DNA of 64,000 nt, taken from the NCBI GenBank assembly GCA_002269645.1, contig NIVC01001355.1:76937-140936 (forward strand). The letters are read 5' to 3'. Positions within the stretch are counted from its first letter, which is position 1. Each line of letters opens with the position of its first letter. This document shows, piece after piece, positions 12,347 through 26,900 of this stretch. Both the position numbers and the translations under genes were made by a program. Under the pieces are notes generated by a model that worked only from the letters and a program-made list of their open reading frames with translations, was not told the origin of the DNA and did no database searches. The stretch is from Macrostomum lignano (taxonomy: Eukaryota).

Positions 12347-12751
12347 TATTGGTTTTGTCAGCCTAACTGAGAATAAAGCCATCCAAAGTGAGAATCCTGC
12401 CTACGCTGACTGCGAAGGGCCTGGTTGCGTGCAGCCTTAGTCTATGGGCCATAGACAATAAAGGACAAGCAAAGTGATAAAGAGCCATCCAATGTGAGAA
12501 TCGATTGGTCTTTTAAAACTTTGCTTGTTCTTTATAGTCTATGGCTCATAGACTAGGCTGGACGCAGCTAGGCCCTTCGTATTCAGCGTAGGCAGGATTC
12601 TCACATTGGATGGCTTTTTATCACTTTGCTTGTCCTTTATAGTCTATGGCCCATAGACTAAGGCTGCACGCAGCCAGGCCCTTCGTATTCAGCGTAGGCA
12701 GGATTCTCACTTTGGATGGCTTTATTCTCAGTTAGGCTGACAAAACCAATA
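12347..12751. mobile_element. Foldback array of ~100-bp mini-elements with CATAGAC/GTCTATG ends
   Basis: 12347-12502 is the near-perfect reverse complement of 12596-12751. Internal junctions read GTCTATG-NNN-CATAGAC three times. Confidence 0.7.
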
Positions 12752-13019
12752 TTATTTTTGCTTTAAAAGGTTCAGTAAGTTGTCTAAAAGGTATTTTATT
12801 CAGTTTTAATTTACAGATATGACGGTTCACACCAAAGAGTATTGAGGTCGCCTAGTATAGAGTGCCAATAAGGACGAAAATCTGAAGCCGATTTTTAGAA
12901 TCCACCCACCCCCTCCGGTCACCAAGCTTTTTAGTCTATGGCACAAGTTGTGGCTAGAATGGTGTACAAAGCCGATGCTCAGAAATATAAGACATTTCAC
13001 ACTTAGAAAATGCATGTAT

Positions 13020-13502
13020 TAAATAAGCAAGACAACATCGCTCAGTCACCAGACTCAGTTGCCGTCGTCGATACACAACTCCGTAACAGCCATGCCATAT
13101 AGCCCTTACGTCTGAACAACAACAGCCTTGCCACTAAAGTGCGCGGTAGCTAATTGCAATAACTGCGTTTCTGATGCATCTGTATTAATCTTCAGCATCG
13201 GCTTTGGAATTTACCATCTGTAAACACGGGTTTGGTGATTTTCGCCACAATTGGAGTCGAGAGTATGCCGGCCGATAGGTAGACACAGATAGACCGCAGG
13301 CGTCTCCATGAAGCAGTTTGGTTTGCCTCTCCTGAAACCAGTCGTCAAATAGCTTTAGTGCCCATCGTTCCTTCCGGCGTGTCGATTCCGGCACAGCAGC
13401 GTCAATCCTTTCAGCAACCTCGTTATCGGACAGTAAAGCAAATCTAGAAGCCTCGTTTTCTCTCAATTCAATGTCATTCAACCAGTCGAAAGCGAGTTCC
13501 AA
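13020..13502 (-). pseudogene. Crypton/DUF3504 (ZMYM/KCTD1-like) N-terminal fragment
   Basis: SRFALLSDNEVAERIDAAVPESTRRKERWALKLFDDWFQER resembles the RF..LS..E...P..T...WA..F..W..R region seen upstream of DUF3504 tyrosine-recombinase-derived domains. No continuous downstream frame. Confidence 0.45.
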
Positions 13503-14279
13503 GTCGTGTTCAATGATTCTCAGTTCTCTCTGATTTCCTCTAGCTGCCCAAACCTTTCCTTTCTCGCTTTTAATTTAAGGATCGAATATTTTACTTTAAA
13601 TTTTGTCTATGGTTAAATGGGGGGGCCCGCTTTTGACGAATACCTCACTCCCACTCCCAGTCGCTTCCAATATCTGTAGATTAAGTACGATCTTCGTCTG
13701 TTCTTTTGGTGTCTATTGCAGAAAGACCTCGGACGCAATTCTAAGGCCTCGGCTTCGCCTCGGCCTGAGAACAGCGTCCTCGGCCTTTCTCTGCCATAGG
13801 AACCAAAAGAACAGACAAAGATTATATACTTAAATATTGTTTTTTTGAGTACTAAAAAACGCCCGTACAGAGCACAATGACATACAACTAGACACGCGAG
13901 ATATTCACGAAGAAAAGGTTTAAACTTAGCATGGTGTATAGATCGTGAAACGGAACTGAGCATAACTTATTTGAGGAGGAACTTATACGGGGACCTGTAT
14001 ACTGTATAGGAAAAACTGGGGTACTGAGCGAAAATTACATATATTTAAGCATGTGAGATAAGCACAAGAGAAAAAAGTTTTAAAGCATGAGATGATGTGT
14101 GTACAAAAGTACAAGGCAACTCGTACTCGCAGAATAGAACACAGAAAATCAGGACTAAACAGAACGAATTTTAGGAGGAACCCAGATGAGGAGCAGCTAG
14201 ATATGAAAGATTTCGGATTGAAAAATTTGAAACTCCAAAGACAGAATACTAAAAACTATACGGCAAATTCACTGGCCTC

Positions 14280-15105
14280 CCAGTTTGCGTAGCTTTCTGT
14301 CGTGCGATGTAGTCGGCACAGGTGCAACCTTCGATGAGCGCTTTACCAGGCCTTTAAAATAAACATTCGTAAGCCGACGACTTATACTGCCGTGTCTATG
14401 GAGCCGTCGCACTTCAGTGCTGCAACAACCTTTTCATTGAAGACTTGGAGAGCGAGTGTTACCTTCGTTTTTCTGTATGCTTGAACTGAAGGATAGCAAG
14501 CTTCGTGGGTTAATTCCGTTCGTTTGACAACGTGATATTCTTCTGATTTGTACAGTCGGATCACGTCCATCATCCATCTGGCCGATATAACTGTCTGCAC
14601 CTGGCGGTTGAATAGTTAAGGTTCCATTGGATTCAGTTTGCCAATTGTTGCAAGTCTCGAATCAAAACTGGCGTATGCATAATGAATGCGCGAACGGAGA
14701 AGTTTGGGGCAATAAAAACTGTCTGTCCGTCTGTATCAAGCACGAAGAGGGAAAGCCAGAGAAGATGGAAGGCGGATCTTTCGGTCTTTCATGTCGACCA
14801 TTCTTTAACATGAGGTGTCACTTAGCCAGTGCTTTTGGCGTAAGTCCTTGTTTTCAGTCACTTTCTAGAATGGTAAATTTTATCGCAGTGGTTATTTTTA
14901 GCAATTAGTTTGTAATAAATTCATCCACGCATACCAGCGTATGATCGCTTAGAATTAACATCCTTCTTACCTCAAAAATATTTGGTAGGGTTTGTCTCCA
15001 ACGCTCATGTTCTCGTGAATCTCAAGGAAGAGCAAAAATCGTTGTTCGGCTTTCTTCTGAGTTTTAGTTTGATCTGCAGTTAAAGACGCTGCACTTTCTC
15101 GACAT
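14280..15105 (-). mobile_element. Decayed THAP/P-element transposase
   Basis: ATG at 15105: MSRKCSVFNCRSN*NSEESRTTIFALP*DSREHERWRQTLPN (THAP with stops). Further fragments QKHW..KNGRHERPKDPPSIF and KRTELTHEACYPSVQAYRKTKVTLALQVFNEKVVAAL (P-transposase GTP-binding region). Ends not resolved. Confidence 0.7.
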
Positions 15106-16519
15106 TTTTCACAGTCGCACAAGAGTTGAGGGCTGTTTATTTGCCCTCACACCCCTTTAGACTGAAGAGTTGCAGTTGGAACGGCCATAGAACACTGCTT
15201 TCAAACGAGCCCCCAACTTTTTTCACCATGATTTGGCTTGTTTCGCGTCCCGGTAGTTTAAGTTGTCCCTGTATCAGTCGCAACCATGGATCGCCAGAAT
15301 CTCGATTTTTTTGGTCCTAGCCATAGACAAGCACCAGCATCACAAGAAGCCCAGAATGCCGTACTTTCACCCTGCATATATTGCGAGCATGTGCTTGGAC
15401 ATAAAATAGAATACTTATAAATAAAGGTTTGCAGCTTCTGCAGCGGCTATTTGTCTATGTGTGAAAGTACTTGACAAGGTACTTTATGCAGTGGAGTCAA
15501 ATTAAGGTGGCAGGTTGGAACTCATTCATTGTTAGCCCTGAATGTTGTTGTCTTTTTGCATTTTTTGCTGTTTGTTCGTTCAAAAAATGTTACTTATTAT
15601 CCGGACGGAATTTTGCAAGGAAAAATAAATCTACACGTATATGAAGCTAGCTAATTACATGTACATGTACATGTATGCTATAACGAAAATGATTAACTTT
15701 TGTTCTTTTTCTGATTAATTCAACGGCGAACGAGTCTTTTCTAATTTACTGTCTCTACTCATATATGCAAATGGACTGTATATGCAAAGTGATTTGTTAC
15801 TGTCCTCGTTGAAGCAGAATCAGAATCTACTGGTAGGGTTCTCTACGGTAGATTAGAAGCACATTTTACGAGTATTACATGTAGTTTTCTACGCAAATTC
15901 TTCTCGATCTGGGGTAGATCGAGGGTAAAATCCAAGACGGTATTCAAAAGACTAATCTTTTCGAAATTGAGAAAAACATAACAGTTTTTTCAAAGTAATG
16001 TAAATTTTGAATAGCCTTTAAAAAACACATTGCTTCAGAATAGCAAATAATCGAGGCTAGTATTGTCAACTTAGTTCTAAAAATCTGGAGAATTCCAAAC
16101 TGGCACATTTATTTATGACGATTCAACGCAGCGAAAACCGGCCTGCAGTGAAATTCAGGTCCAGGACATATTGCACTGTCCCAAATTCGACTGCTACTAT
16201 CTGACCTCCCTTTAATCCTACGAACCACAACCCTAACATCAAATAGTAGCAGTCAAATGTGACGATTCTGACGATTTTTTGAGAGTGTACGTAGCGTCCT
16301 TCTATTTTAGCTGTCCATGACAACGCATGGCATGTATATTCGATTAACATATATAGGATTCTATGATACACCACTGTACATATATATGGCTGGATGTGAA
16401 CCAGACTAACAGAAAATCTATGCAAACAAAAATCTACAAAAAGTGTGACCCTGGTAGTTCCACATAAGCTGCAGAAGCGACCATCCGCCTATCCGCCCAT
16501 TTATTTAGCATTGATTCTC

Positions 16520-17030
16520 AGCTAGCGTCGACCGACTTTGTCTGTGGTGAAACTCCATTCAGCGCTGTGCTCTCTACATGGATGGACACCATCCTGGCCG
16601 TCCTTCAGTCCGATGCACTGCCCGACTGTTACAGGCTCGACTGTGGCAGGCGGTGGTCACGAGAACTTTCTGTTGACGTACAACGCTAAGACTTGGACTG
16701 CGGGTGGGCCGCCATGAGGAGGCTTTTCACCATCGCCTCCTTGCCCAGGTCAGAGACCGACTCCATCCCTAGACGTTTGCAGAGGACGTCCCAACGCGCA
16801 CAACTCCACCAGTGGTCTTTACTTTCGCACTCACCGCAATACCTACAAGCCACCACCGGCTCCAAATTGACCTTCTGCCTTCAGTAACTGGTGTATCCGC
16901 AGTGTCCCATCCTAAGCTGTGCCAATAACGTTGCCGTCCGTCTACCGGCTTCAGCCTGCTAGATCCTGCTCTATCGACTGCTCTAAGTCGCGCATCGAAC
17001 GTCTCGGGTCTCCAACGGTTTTACAGATGC
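16520..17030 (+). mobile_element. Highly degraded non-LTR retrotransposon (RTE-like) 3' fragment
   Basis: Short peptide remnants LLTYNAKTW, SGLYFRT and WCIR resemble the post-RT region of RTE-clade LINEs. Frames are broken. Confidence 0.3.
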
Positions 17031-19095
17031 ATTTTCATCACCTCGAACCCCACAGCCGTTCTGCTCCGGTCTAGTTGCGCCACTTACTTTGCTAACTCAT
17101 CCGCTCTGGTTATTGCTGTTAGAGAATACTAAATGCACTGGCAACACGACAAATAACCCTCCTAACCGGCCTCTAATCCATTTCTAAAAAATCGAGTGCA
17201 GCATCCTTCTACAGTTTGGTTTTTCAGCTATAATCTAAAGTTCGAAATCATATTTGATACATATCGATATTCTAGATCAAACTTTCATTATAATAGTTGA
17301 GGCTTTCAAATAGTTCACTAACAGTTAGGCTAATAGTTAAGCTAACATTTTCAAATAAACAAGCCGGATGTATTGCTGCAGATCGAGGAATCGCATATTT
17401 ATTTAAAATTGAACTGAAATAATGTGTATGAGTATTATTCGTAAGGCAATATAGTAAACTTGGGTAACACAATTGAATAAGCAGCAGTTAAAATTGATCG
17501 ATTTGTTTTAACCAGCTCGCGTAGTTTTAGCTGCTGTCGACCGGGGCTACGCTCGTACCTGGAATTGGTTAATTGAGATGTTTTATGCACAGATTAATTT
17601 TTACCAAGTGCACATTAGATAGCTACATATGCGCAGAATCGGGGATTTAGGGAATATTTAGTTGGTCTCCGCTTCAAGCATTTCCCGCCCGGTTGATACG
17701 TTGAGGTTGTCTGGTGCCAGCGCCAGAGACCGCCTGCGTGATGCTACCAGGACGGCTAATTGGCGTCCCTGGCTGGCTGGGAATCGCACCAGAAAACCTG
17801 ACATATCACGGGGCGAGGCGGCGGCAGCTACTCGGCACTCCATCTCGCGCGTTGACCGCTCGATACACCAGCCGGCAAGCTTATCTACAGAGAGTTCAAT
17901 TGACTTTGAGCCGTGCCGCTACTGCCGATACCGAACGAATTCGCGAATGCTTCTCTCGAGTTACAGCTGGTGGTTGAGGAAAAGAGAAAAAGAAAATACA
18001 TAGACCAGAGAGGGAGAGAGAGAGACTGGCGGCGTGGATCCGGATAATTTGAGCATTTTATAGACACAACTCGAGAGTAGACTTCCCCCTCGCTCCATTC
18101 GGTCTGGCCTGTTGCCCGACGCTGAGGGGGTTGAAGGCACAGTCCCCGGGTGAGGGAGTTCCGTCTAGGATGGAGGTTATGGGGTGCCGCTGTGGGGGAG
18201 GGGTAGAGGGGGACCGAGGGGGAGCTTGGAGGAAGCAAATTGAGCTCAGAGGGGGGAGGGGGTGGTTCGAGGATTCGAAGCGCGGGTCTGTGAGGAGTGG
18301 CGGCGGCCAGCTGCCAGCGCTTATCGGTCAGATGATAAAGCAGCAGCAGCAGGAGCAGCAGCACTCGCTAGTCCAAAAGCCGCTGAAGGGAGCCGCTGCC
18401 ACTACAGACGGTTCTCCCACTTGTTTAGGAGCGGAACGCATAGAGCAGATAGGCGGATGAATGCGGGACGGGGGGGGGCAACCAGTGCCAGCTTTGACTG
18501 AAGCTCGGAAACACTGGCAGGCACGGAGTCTACATGGCGGGTTGGGGGTGGGGACTCAAGATGAGAAAGGATACGAGCTCGATTCTGATGGGTGATGATC
18601 CAACTGAATGGTGGAGCGAGAGAGGGGGAGTCATCCAACACAGTTGCCCCCACCAGATCCACTTGTTGACTTATGGGAATTGGAATAATTTACCCCCACT
18701 CCCTTTGCCCAGATCAGCCAGGATCCCAAGCCAGCCCCCCGCAAGTCTCCCAGAGGGATCCCAGCCCGGTTTTCTAAGCTTAGCCCACCCGGAAGTCAGC
18801 CATCATTGCCAAGCTGCGGGGCCCAGCCGCAAACGGATGGCCCACGGTCGAACCCAGCCAGTCCCAAATGTGATGACCAAGGGCTAATTATTATTCCAAA
18901 CGATAAAAAACAACGCGACGCAAAAACTACCGCCTGGTCCCTACATTTTTTGATAGCGGCCTGGAGGTCACTCTTGACCCCCCCCCCTGACAGCGCTTAT
19001 GCTCAATTGGGATTCAGCCTCATCTACATCGAGGGAAGGGAGCGGTATGAGCAGCGCTGACGGCTCAGTTCCGACCATCTGGCGTCGACTTATCC

Positions 19096-19135
<40 letters not shown>

Positions 19136-19739
19136 CTCTCTCCTAGGCTTGGCAATCTGCCGGATTCAATGTGAATGAAGCGGCATTTGGCAAGCGCAAA
19201 TATATGGAAAAAATATCGAGCACAACGCCCAGTGAGTCTCGAAATTGGAGCTTCCAGCTAAAATGCAGACTAATTCATCAGCTGTACAAAACTGGCGAGG
19301 TGCACCGTAAAATTTCTGATATACGAGTATTCACTGCAGATAGAGGTGCTTTCAGTGAAGCTCGTTTGAGGAGTTTGTACGAGAGTAACTCCAGAAATCA
19401 TAAGAAATCATAAGAAAGAAGAAGGCACATTTTTGCTCTAACAAATCGATACGATAGAAAAGTTTTTCAATTTGTTTAGCCGTTTTTGCAGTTAGCGAAA
19501 CTGACTACTATTCTTTCTTTGCTAAGTAGTATCCTGAATTTTTCTTAAAATTTATCGAAAAAAGCCTTCGAAAAATGCATTTAAAACTTTTGAGTGAGTG
19601 GTTGGCACTATCCCCTTGATGCGTCGGAAAGAATGACGGAGTTAGGAGAGAACTGGTTTACAAAACACCAAAACTGTTTTTCAGGAGTGCAGACTTCCGA
19701 ACTGCTTTGTATCATTGAATAGAGTTAGAAAAATATCAA

Positions 19740-21265
<1,526 letters not shown>

Positions 21266-22032
21266 CCTATCGAGGTCTAAACAGCAATTCAGAAAGGAAG
21301 GGTAGCCTGCCAAAGAGAATAATTTAAGGCTACGGTAGTACAAAATGCAGAGCAGATATTGCCTACGGGCGGCTGAACCCGAGGACGCCAGCTGCCTTCA
21401 AGCCATGCTGTAATAAAAGCGTCCGAAAATTTCCTCTAATGACTGTTGGGTCAGCTCCGAGAGTCCATTTTCCATGCAACTGCCTCCATGCTCGATAATG
21501 CGCAGCCTAATTCTCTCTCTGTGTGTGCTCTGCAGTCTACCCTTAGAATCAGCTGCTGCAGGAATGGATACAAATTCCCCACAACCGCAAACCCCTCTTC
21601 CATTGCTTCACTCCTCACTAACCTACTGAGCGGATAGCTAGTAATAGATTTTGTACAGACCGTGCTAACGCAGGGGGGGGGGCAGTCCCTCGGGAGGAAA
21701 TAGGAAGGGGGGAATTAGCTAATTGGACTGACTGACCGGAGAATACAGAGGAGATAGGTGCGCTCGGATGGATTTAACAGATTGAGAAGTTCTCGCCAGT
21801 TTACTGCCAGCTATTTCCCCTCTGTCACCGGGACCCATCGTCTTCGCCCTACGGCTCAGCGCTCGCATAGGCAGCCGAGAGAGCTGCTCGAATAGTCATA
21901 CGAAGAAATCCTCTAGAGGATTTTAATCCCCCTTTTCCTCCCTCTTATTTCATGGCGCGTCTGTCGCCTCTACTGCACCCTCTAAATATATTCCAGAAGG
22001 AAATTGATGGGGGAATGGCAGGACAGGGCTCA

Positions 22033-22033
<1 letters not shown>

Positions 22034-22098
<65 letters not shown>
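22034..22098. repeat. (CT)n microsatellite
   Basis: Direct reading; a shorter (CT)n tract is at about 19090-19142. Confidence 0.95.
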
Positions 22099-22102
<4 letters not shown>

Positions 22103-23952
22103 AGACTGAGGCAATGCATTTTGTAGATGAAGAGACCGGATGCTGACTGATGATGGGGACTATAGATTTATAGGCATCTCGGGGGGGAAGAGGAAGAGAA
22201 TGAGAAGAAAATAATTAACAGCCTGCCTGCCGATGCGAGCGAGCCGTGATATACACTCGCAGAGAGCTTTTGGAGACAAGCCATCAGAGCAGCATTTCGG
22301 TTGGCTGCTGCTGCGAAAAGTGCAGCAGATCGAGTTTTTTGCTGCGGACAGGTGGCCGAATATTTGCAGTGTTTTTTGTAACAAACAGGCCTTTCTATCT
22401 GCTTTAGCTATAAAGATATGACTGTCCTCACCGGTAGGTTTGCCTGCAGGATCGGCAGAAGCAGCACCTTCTGAACCGGCTGTGGGCAGTTCGACTCGGC
22501 GCGGATGATGAGGCTCGCCAGCTGCATGATGAGGTGTCGCACTAAAAGTTCGATTACTATAGTTTAGCCTCAGTGCGTCAAGTTTTTCAAACGGAAAAGT
22601 CATATACATAATCAGTTTTTGCTAGTAAAAATCTAAATTTGCTATTTAATGTAACGCCACACGATAAATTTCTCATAATTCAAGCATTTTTGCTGCTTCA
22701 ACTATTCGTATCAGACTTCAGTCATTCAGATACAATGCAGCAGACCAATACTAAAGGTAGCTAGCCATCGGATTCCAACGGGCGGATGGGAAGGGACTGA
22801 TATTTCTACTGAACAACCAAGGCCACTCTGTACTTTAGATTGCTCAAGCCAGCGGACGAGGCTGCGTGACCCGGCGGTGAGGCATGAGTTCTGTGTCCTT
22901 ATTAAGAAAACACAATTTTCTGTCTCCACTTCTCCGATATTCCCCCATTTCCCAGCCGCGGATGCATTGACAGCATTGGCTGATAGAGCGACTGCAGATG
23001 AACTCAGCGGGCAGTCGCTGGCTGTGTGACTAAACTGACTGCTTCCAGTTGAATTGCTGAAATCAAGCCTACAGAAACTCTTGCTCCCACTAGGAGACAA
23101 TTGACTGGCCGGGCCCCGGCAGCCGGGTTTGCATCTGCTAGCTAATTTCTGGAAGCGAGACCCCAAGGGATAGACACAAGTGTGCCGCGCACCCTATTGA
23201 GGCCGGAGTTGGTCAATAGCAATGCATAAATAATCATAATTTGCGCTGAGGAAAGAGGGGGCCGCTCTAAAAAACCCTTGGTCTCTTTTATATTCTCCAG
23301 ACTTCTCTCTCAGTACTCAACTTACCCAACTGTGCTCAAATTTCCCAGTTTACCAGTAGGCCCCAACAGTCCTCTGCTCCAGCTCATTCACCGCCTCCCA
23401 GCCCACGGTCCGCCCCTTTAGTTTTTGAATCCTCTCAGACCTGCACTGCGGCTTGCCGTGTTGGACCACCCCCCCCCCTACTCCCAGTGCCACCCTTCCC
23501 GCTAACCAGGAGCTCAAAGTCAACCCCCACCCTCATCCAGAACGGGTTGGCCAGCAGGGAGAAAGGGATTCACAGGCAACCCTAGAGAGTACAGGAAGAG
23601 CTCAGTGCTCTGCCAATGAGGTACTTGAGCAGCTGCATCCTCTGTTCCTATCCGCTGCCTCCCTCCTCGGGTCTCCCCACCTCTGGTCCAGTGCTTTCCA
23701 TACGAACCAACATTCAGGGAGGGGGGTGAGGGGGGGCGGGGTCGAGGCTGAGCCCAGGGAGGGGATGTAGCCTGCAGCAAGCGCGCTACGCTACGCAAAG
23801 GCAGTTTAAATAACGATTGCCGGCAAACAGTGCGCGACCGCTTGCCGCCTGATTTATTCATGCCTTAATCAGCAAAATATCAAATTGGATTACAGAGGTG
23901 ACAGGCGTAGGAGAGCGACAGATTAAGGTAGTTAAGAATTCTTAAAGAGACA

Positions 23953-26900
23953 ATGGATTTGACTGTCACAGTTGTCCTATTTGCCTTAATTTGTCTGTCA
24001 GATGTCGGCCAGCAGACTCAAGCAGGCTTGGTCACTCTACGAGATTCAGAGTAAGTCCGGTTAATAACCCTATCTGCTTTGACTCATCCACAGTTTAGTT
24101 TCATAATCGAAATGTCACAAATTAAGTCACTCTATTCAACTAAGAACAGTTAAAAAGAAAACAAAGAATAACTAACGAAATTAAAATACTTCTCCATTGC
24201 ATTCCAGCATCGATCAGTGGGTTGAGAAAATCTCTAAGGATCTGACTGACTTTCGGACAAAACTTGGAGCGACAAAAATCGAAAAAGTAAACTTTATACT
24301 CTGATCTCATGCTGGCTCGTAAATACCTTGTATGTTACTTGTAATATTTTATTCTGTACTCAAGCTTATAAGCGCTGCTTGAGTTGGTGGTTAGTTAGTA
24401 AAAGCTCAAATTTGGAAATTGCAAAGTGATATTCACGATAGCCGTGAGAATAGAGTACATTTTATCCTATTGACTTTTATAGAAATCCTTTTAACCAAAG
24501 GTAATCTCTCACCCTTCTTTTCAGTTATCCCCTCTTTCACTCCTTTCGTCTTTCCCAGGCTTTCTCAATTATCAAAGCATAAGGCAGAAAAAACTGCCCG
24601 TAGCTTTTATAACTCAGGCCGTTTGAAGCAAACTGTTTGCTACGGCCCGTTGCCTCGTTTCACCTGGATCAAAAGACCCTTTACTCAGTTGCTACTTCTT
24701 GTAGCCTTTTATCTTTTATCAATATTCCATAGTGTTTGTTAGCTTGCGGCGAGACAAGCGAAAACTGATGGGCAAAGGGTGTTGCTCCCGGGTGGAGGGG
24801 CGGGGAAAATAACTGCGGAAAGAGGGAAGAGTTGGGAAGAGAAAGAGAATAGGGCCATCGATTCGACTCTGGGAGTAGTAGTCAGAAATTATAGTCTGCT
24901 TTTTCTATTCGGCGCGGTGGAGCTTAAATTTTCCACTCGTCGAAATCGATTTTCGAGCTGGGCAATGCGGGTTCCGCTCCTCTTCCTCTCTCTCTCTCTC
25001 TCTTCCTACCGCCATTCTCTCTTCATTCGATTTTTTCCTAAAACAAGCGGCCTGATCAACTCGCGGTTAGTTACAAGCCACAATTTGAGGTTCCACAGTA
25101 GATGCGATAGTTAATGCCATGGGGATCTGTCTTAGCAACTGATCTCTGCACAGATATCCGCTTTTGGAAGTTGTCTGTCACTACTATATAAGCCATAGAT
25201 GTCCACAGACGAAAAAAAACTCTGTCTTATTTGTTTGAACCACACACGAGGGGATCTAAAATTGGCTAACGAAGTGAGGTCCTAACTTTAATCTGTAGAC
25301 TCATTATTGCCGCTTAGGTACTGGTGTTAAACACTAAAAAAGGTACAGCTTTAAATTCGCAATGTCATTAACGAAATTTTGTTAATACTTTTTTACCTGT
25401 ACGCTTGTAAAACGTTTAATGCCTTAGCTGAAGCTTAAGAGTCGAAGCGTGAGGAATAATCGACCCGTCTGTGCTGTCCGCAGGCGTTCGTCGATCGCAG
25501 AGTCACATCCAGAGTTCAGACGGAGACCGAAGCTGGCCAGCTGCTGCAGTCGGTCCGGCGGCGCATTGAAAACCTGCTCTGGAAGAGTGAGAATAACATC
25601 AAGGTGAGTTTTCGAAGCCACTGGAGGAGCTCTAAATTGGTAATTTCCGCTGACAAACGTTTCTGCGACAGAGCGGTGAAAAACCAGTCAAAAGCTGGGC
25701 TACTTAGCAGTTTGGTCCTGGTCCTTTTTCGTATTGAGAACTATAAAATTGCGCCTCCGATTGGAAATTCCCATCTGGCACTGTGAAACTTTAGATTTTT
25801 ATCAAAAATTCATCCACAACTTCCTTTCAGAACATTCGGATTCAAGCCGAAAAGTCATACGCCAAGTATTTGCCTCAGAACTATTCGGTGAGTTGCACTA
25901 TTGGTGTCAGTGAAATTGAGTAGCATTTCATTTAGTAAACTTGTTCAAGGCATTCAACCAGCTAGCTTCTTGTTATTCAGTGCTCGGACTTCACCGCCCA
26001 TCCATATCTGCGCGCCGCCGCCATCTTGAAAAAGAAGGTCAGTCCTGACGTCGGCGCCACCGAGACGGCGAAGACAACGGCTGAGCCGGCCGCGCCGGCC
26101 GCGCCCGGGTCCGTGGACTACTGCGTCGAGGAGGCCACGCTGGAGCTCAGTCCGGACCCGCGGCTATACGACGTCGAGACGAATAGAAAAAACTCCACGT
26201 CTCACGTGCCGCCAAATATCTACGATGCGTGTAAGTCACCAATGCGAATTGTCCATGCTATGGGTTGGCGATGGTCCAGTGATACATTGAGCTACGAAGG
26301 GGATCAATGCACTGAATGCTTCCCTCTTGCAGCCAACGAGATTCTTAACGTTGCCAACTGGACAGGAAGTCTGGACGACGTCTTCATCGCGAATGCGCAG
26401 AAGGACTCTACTCTAAAGTGGCAGTACTTTGGTACCACAGAGGGGATGTTTAAAATCTATCCAGGCATTCAGTGGTACGTTCAAACAAGGAACTACACAC
26501 AGAACGATATGCCAATTGACATGTTCGACTGTAGGACCCAGTATTGGTAAGCCACTGATGCATCAAACTTTGAACAAATAACCTGAATATTCAATTTTTT
26601 GATGGGAATAAGCTTAGCCTGGTTTCTTGTGACTTCAATCCCAGGTATTTGCTGGCAGCCACCTATCCGCAGGACATGGTGATCCTCATTGACAACAGTG
26701 GCTCTATGAAAGGTAGCAGCTCAATAATGGCCAACAAGACTCTGACTGAAATTCTGCACACACTAAATGTTAACGACTTCTTCAATGTTGTCATGGTAAG
26801 CATCTTTGAGACAATTCGTCAGTTATCTTATGTTCGAGTGGACAAATAGGCTCTAGTAGTCTAGGCTTCAGAAACTGAATCTCTGATGCAGAGTTGAAGT

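Noticed and set aside
17662-18887. Cluster of overlapping 80-160-aa ORFs as a protein-coding gene
   Set aside because: No recognisable motif, no consistent splice chain, and low-complexity GC-rich sequence.
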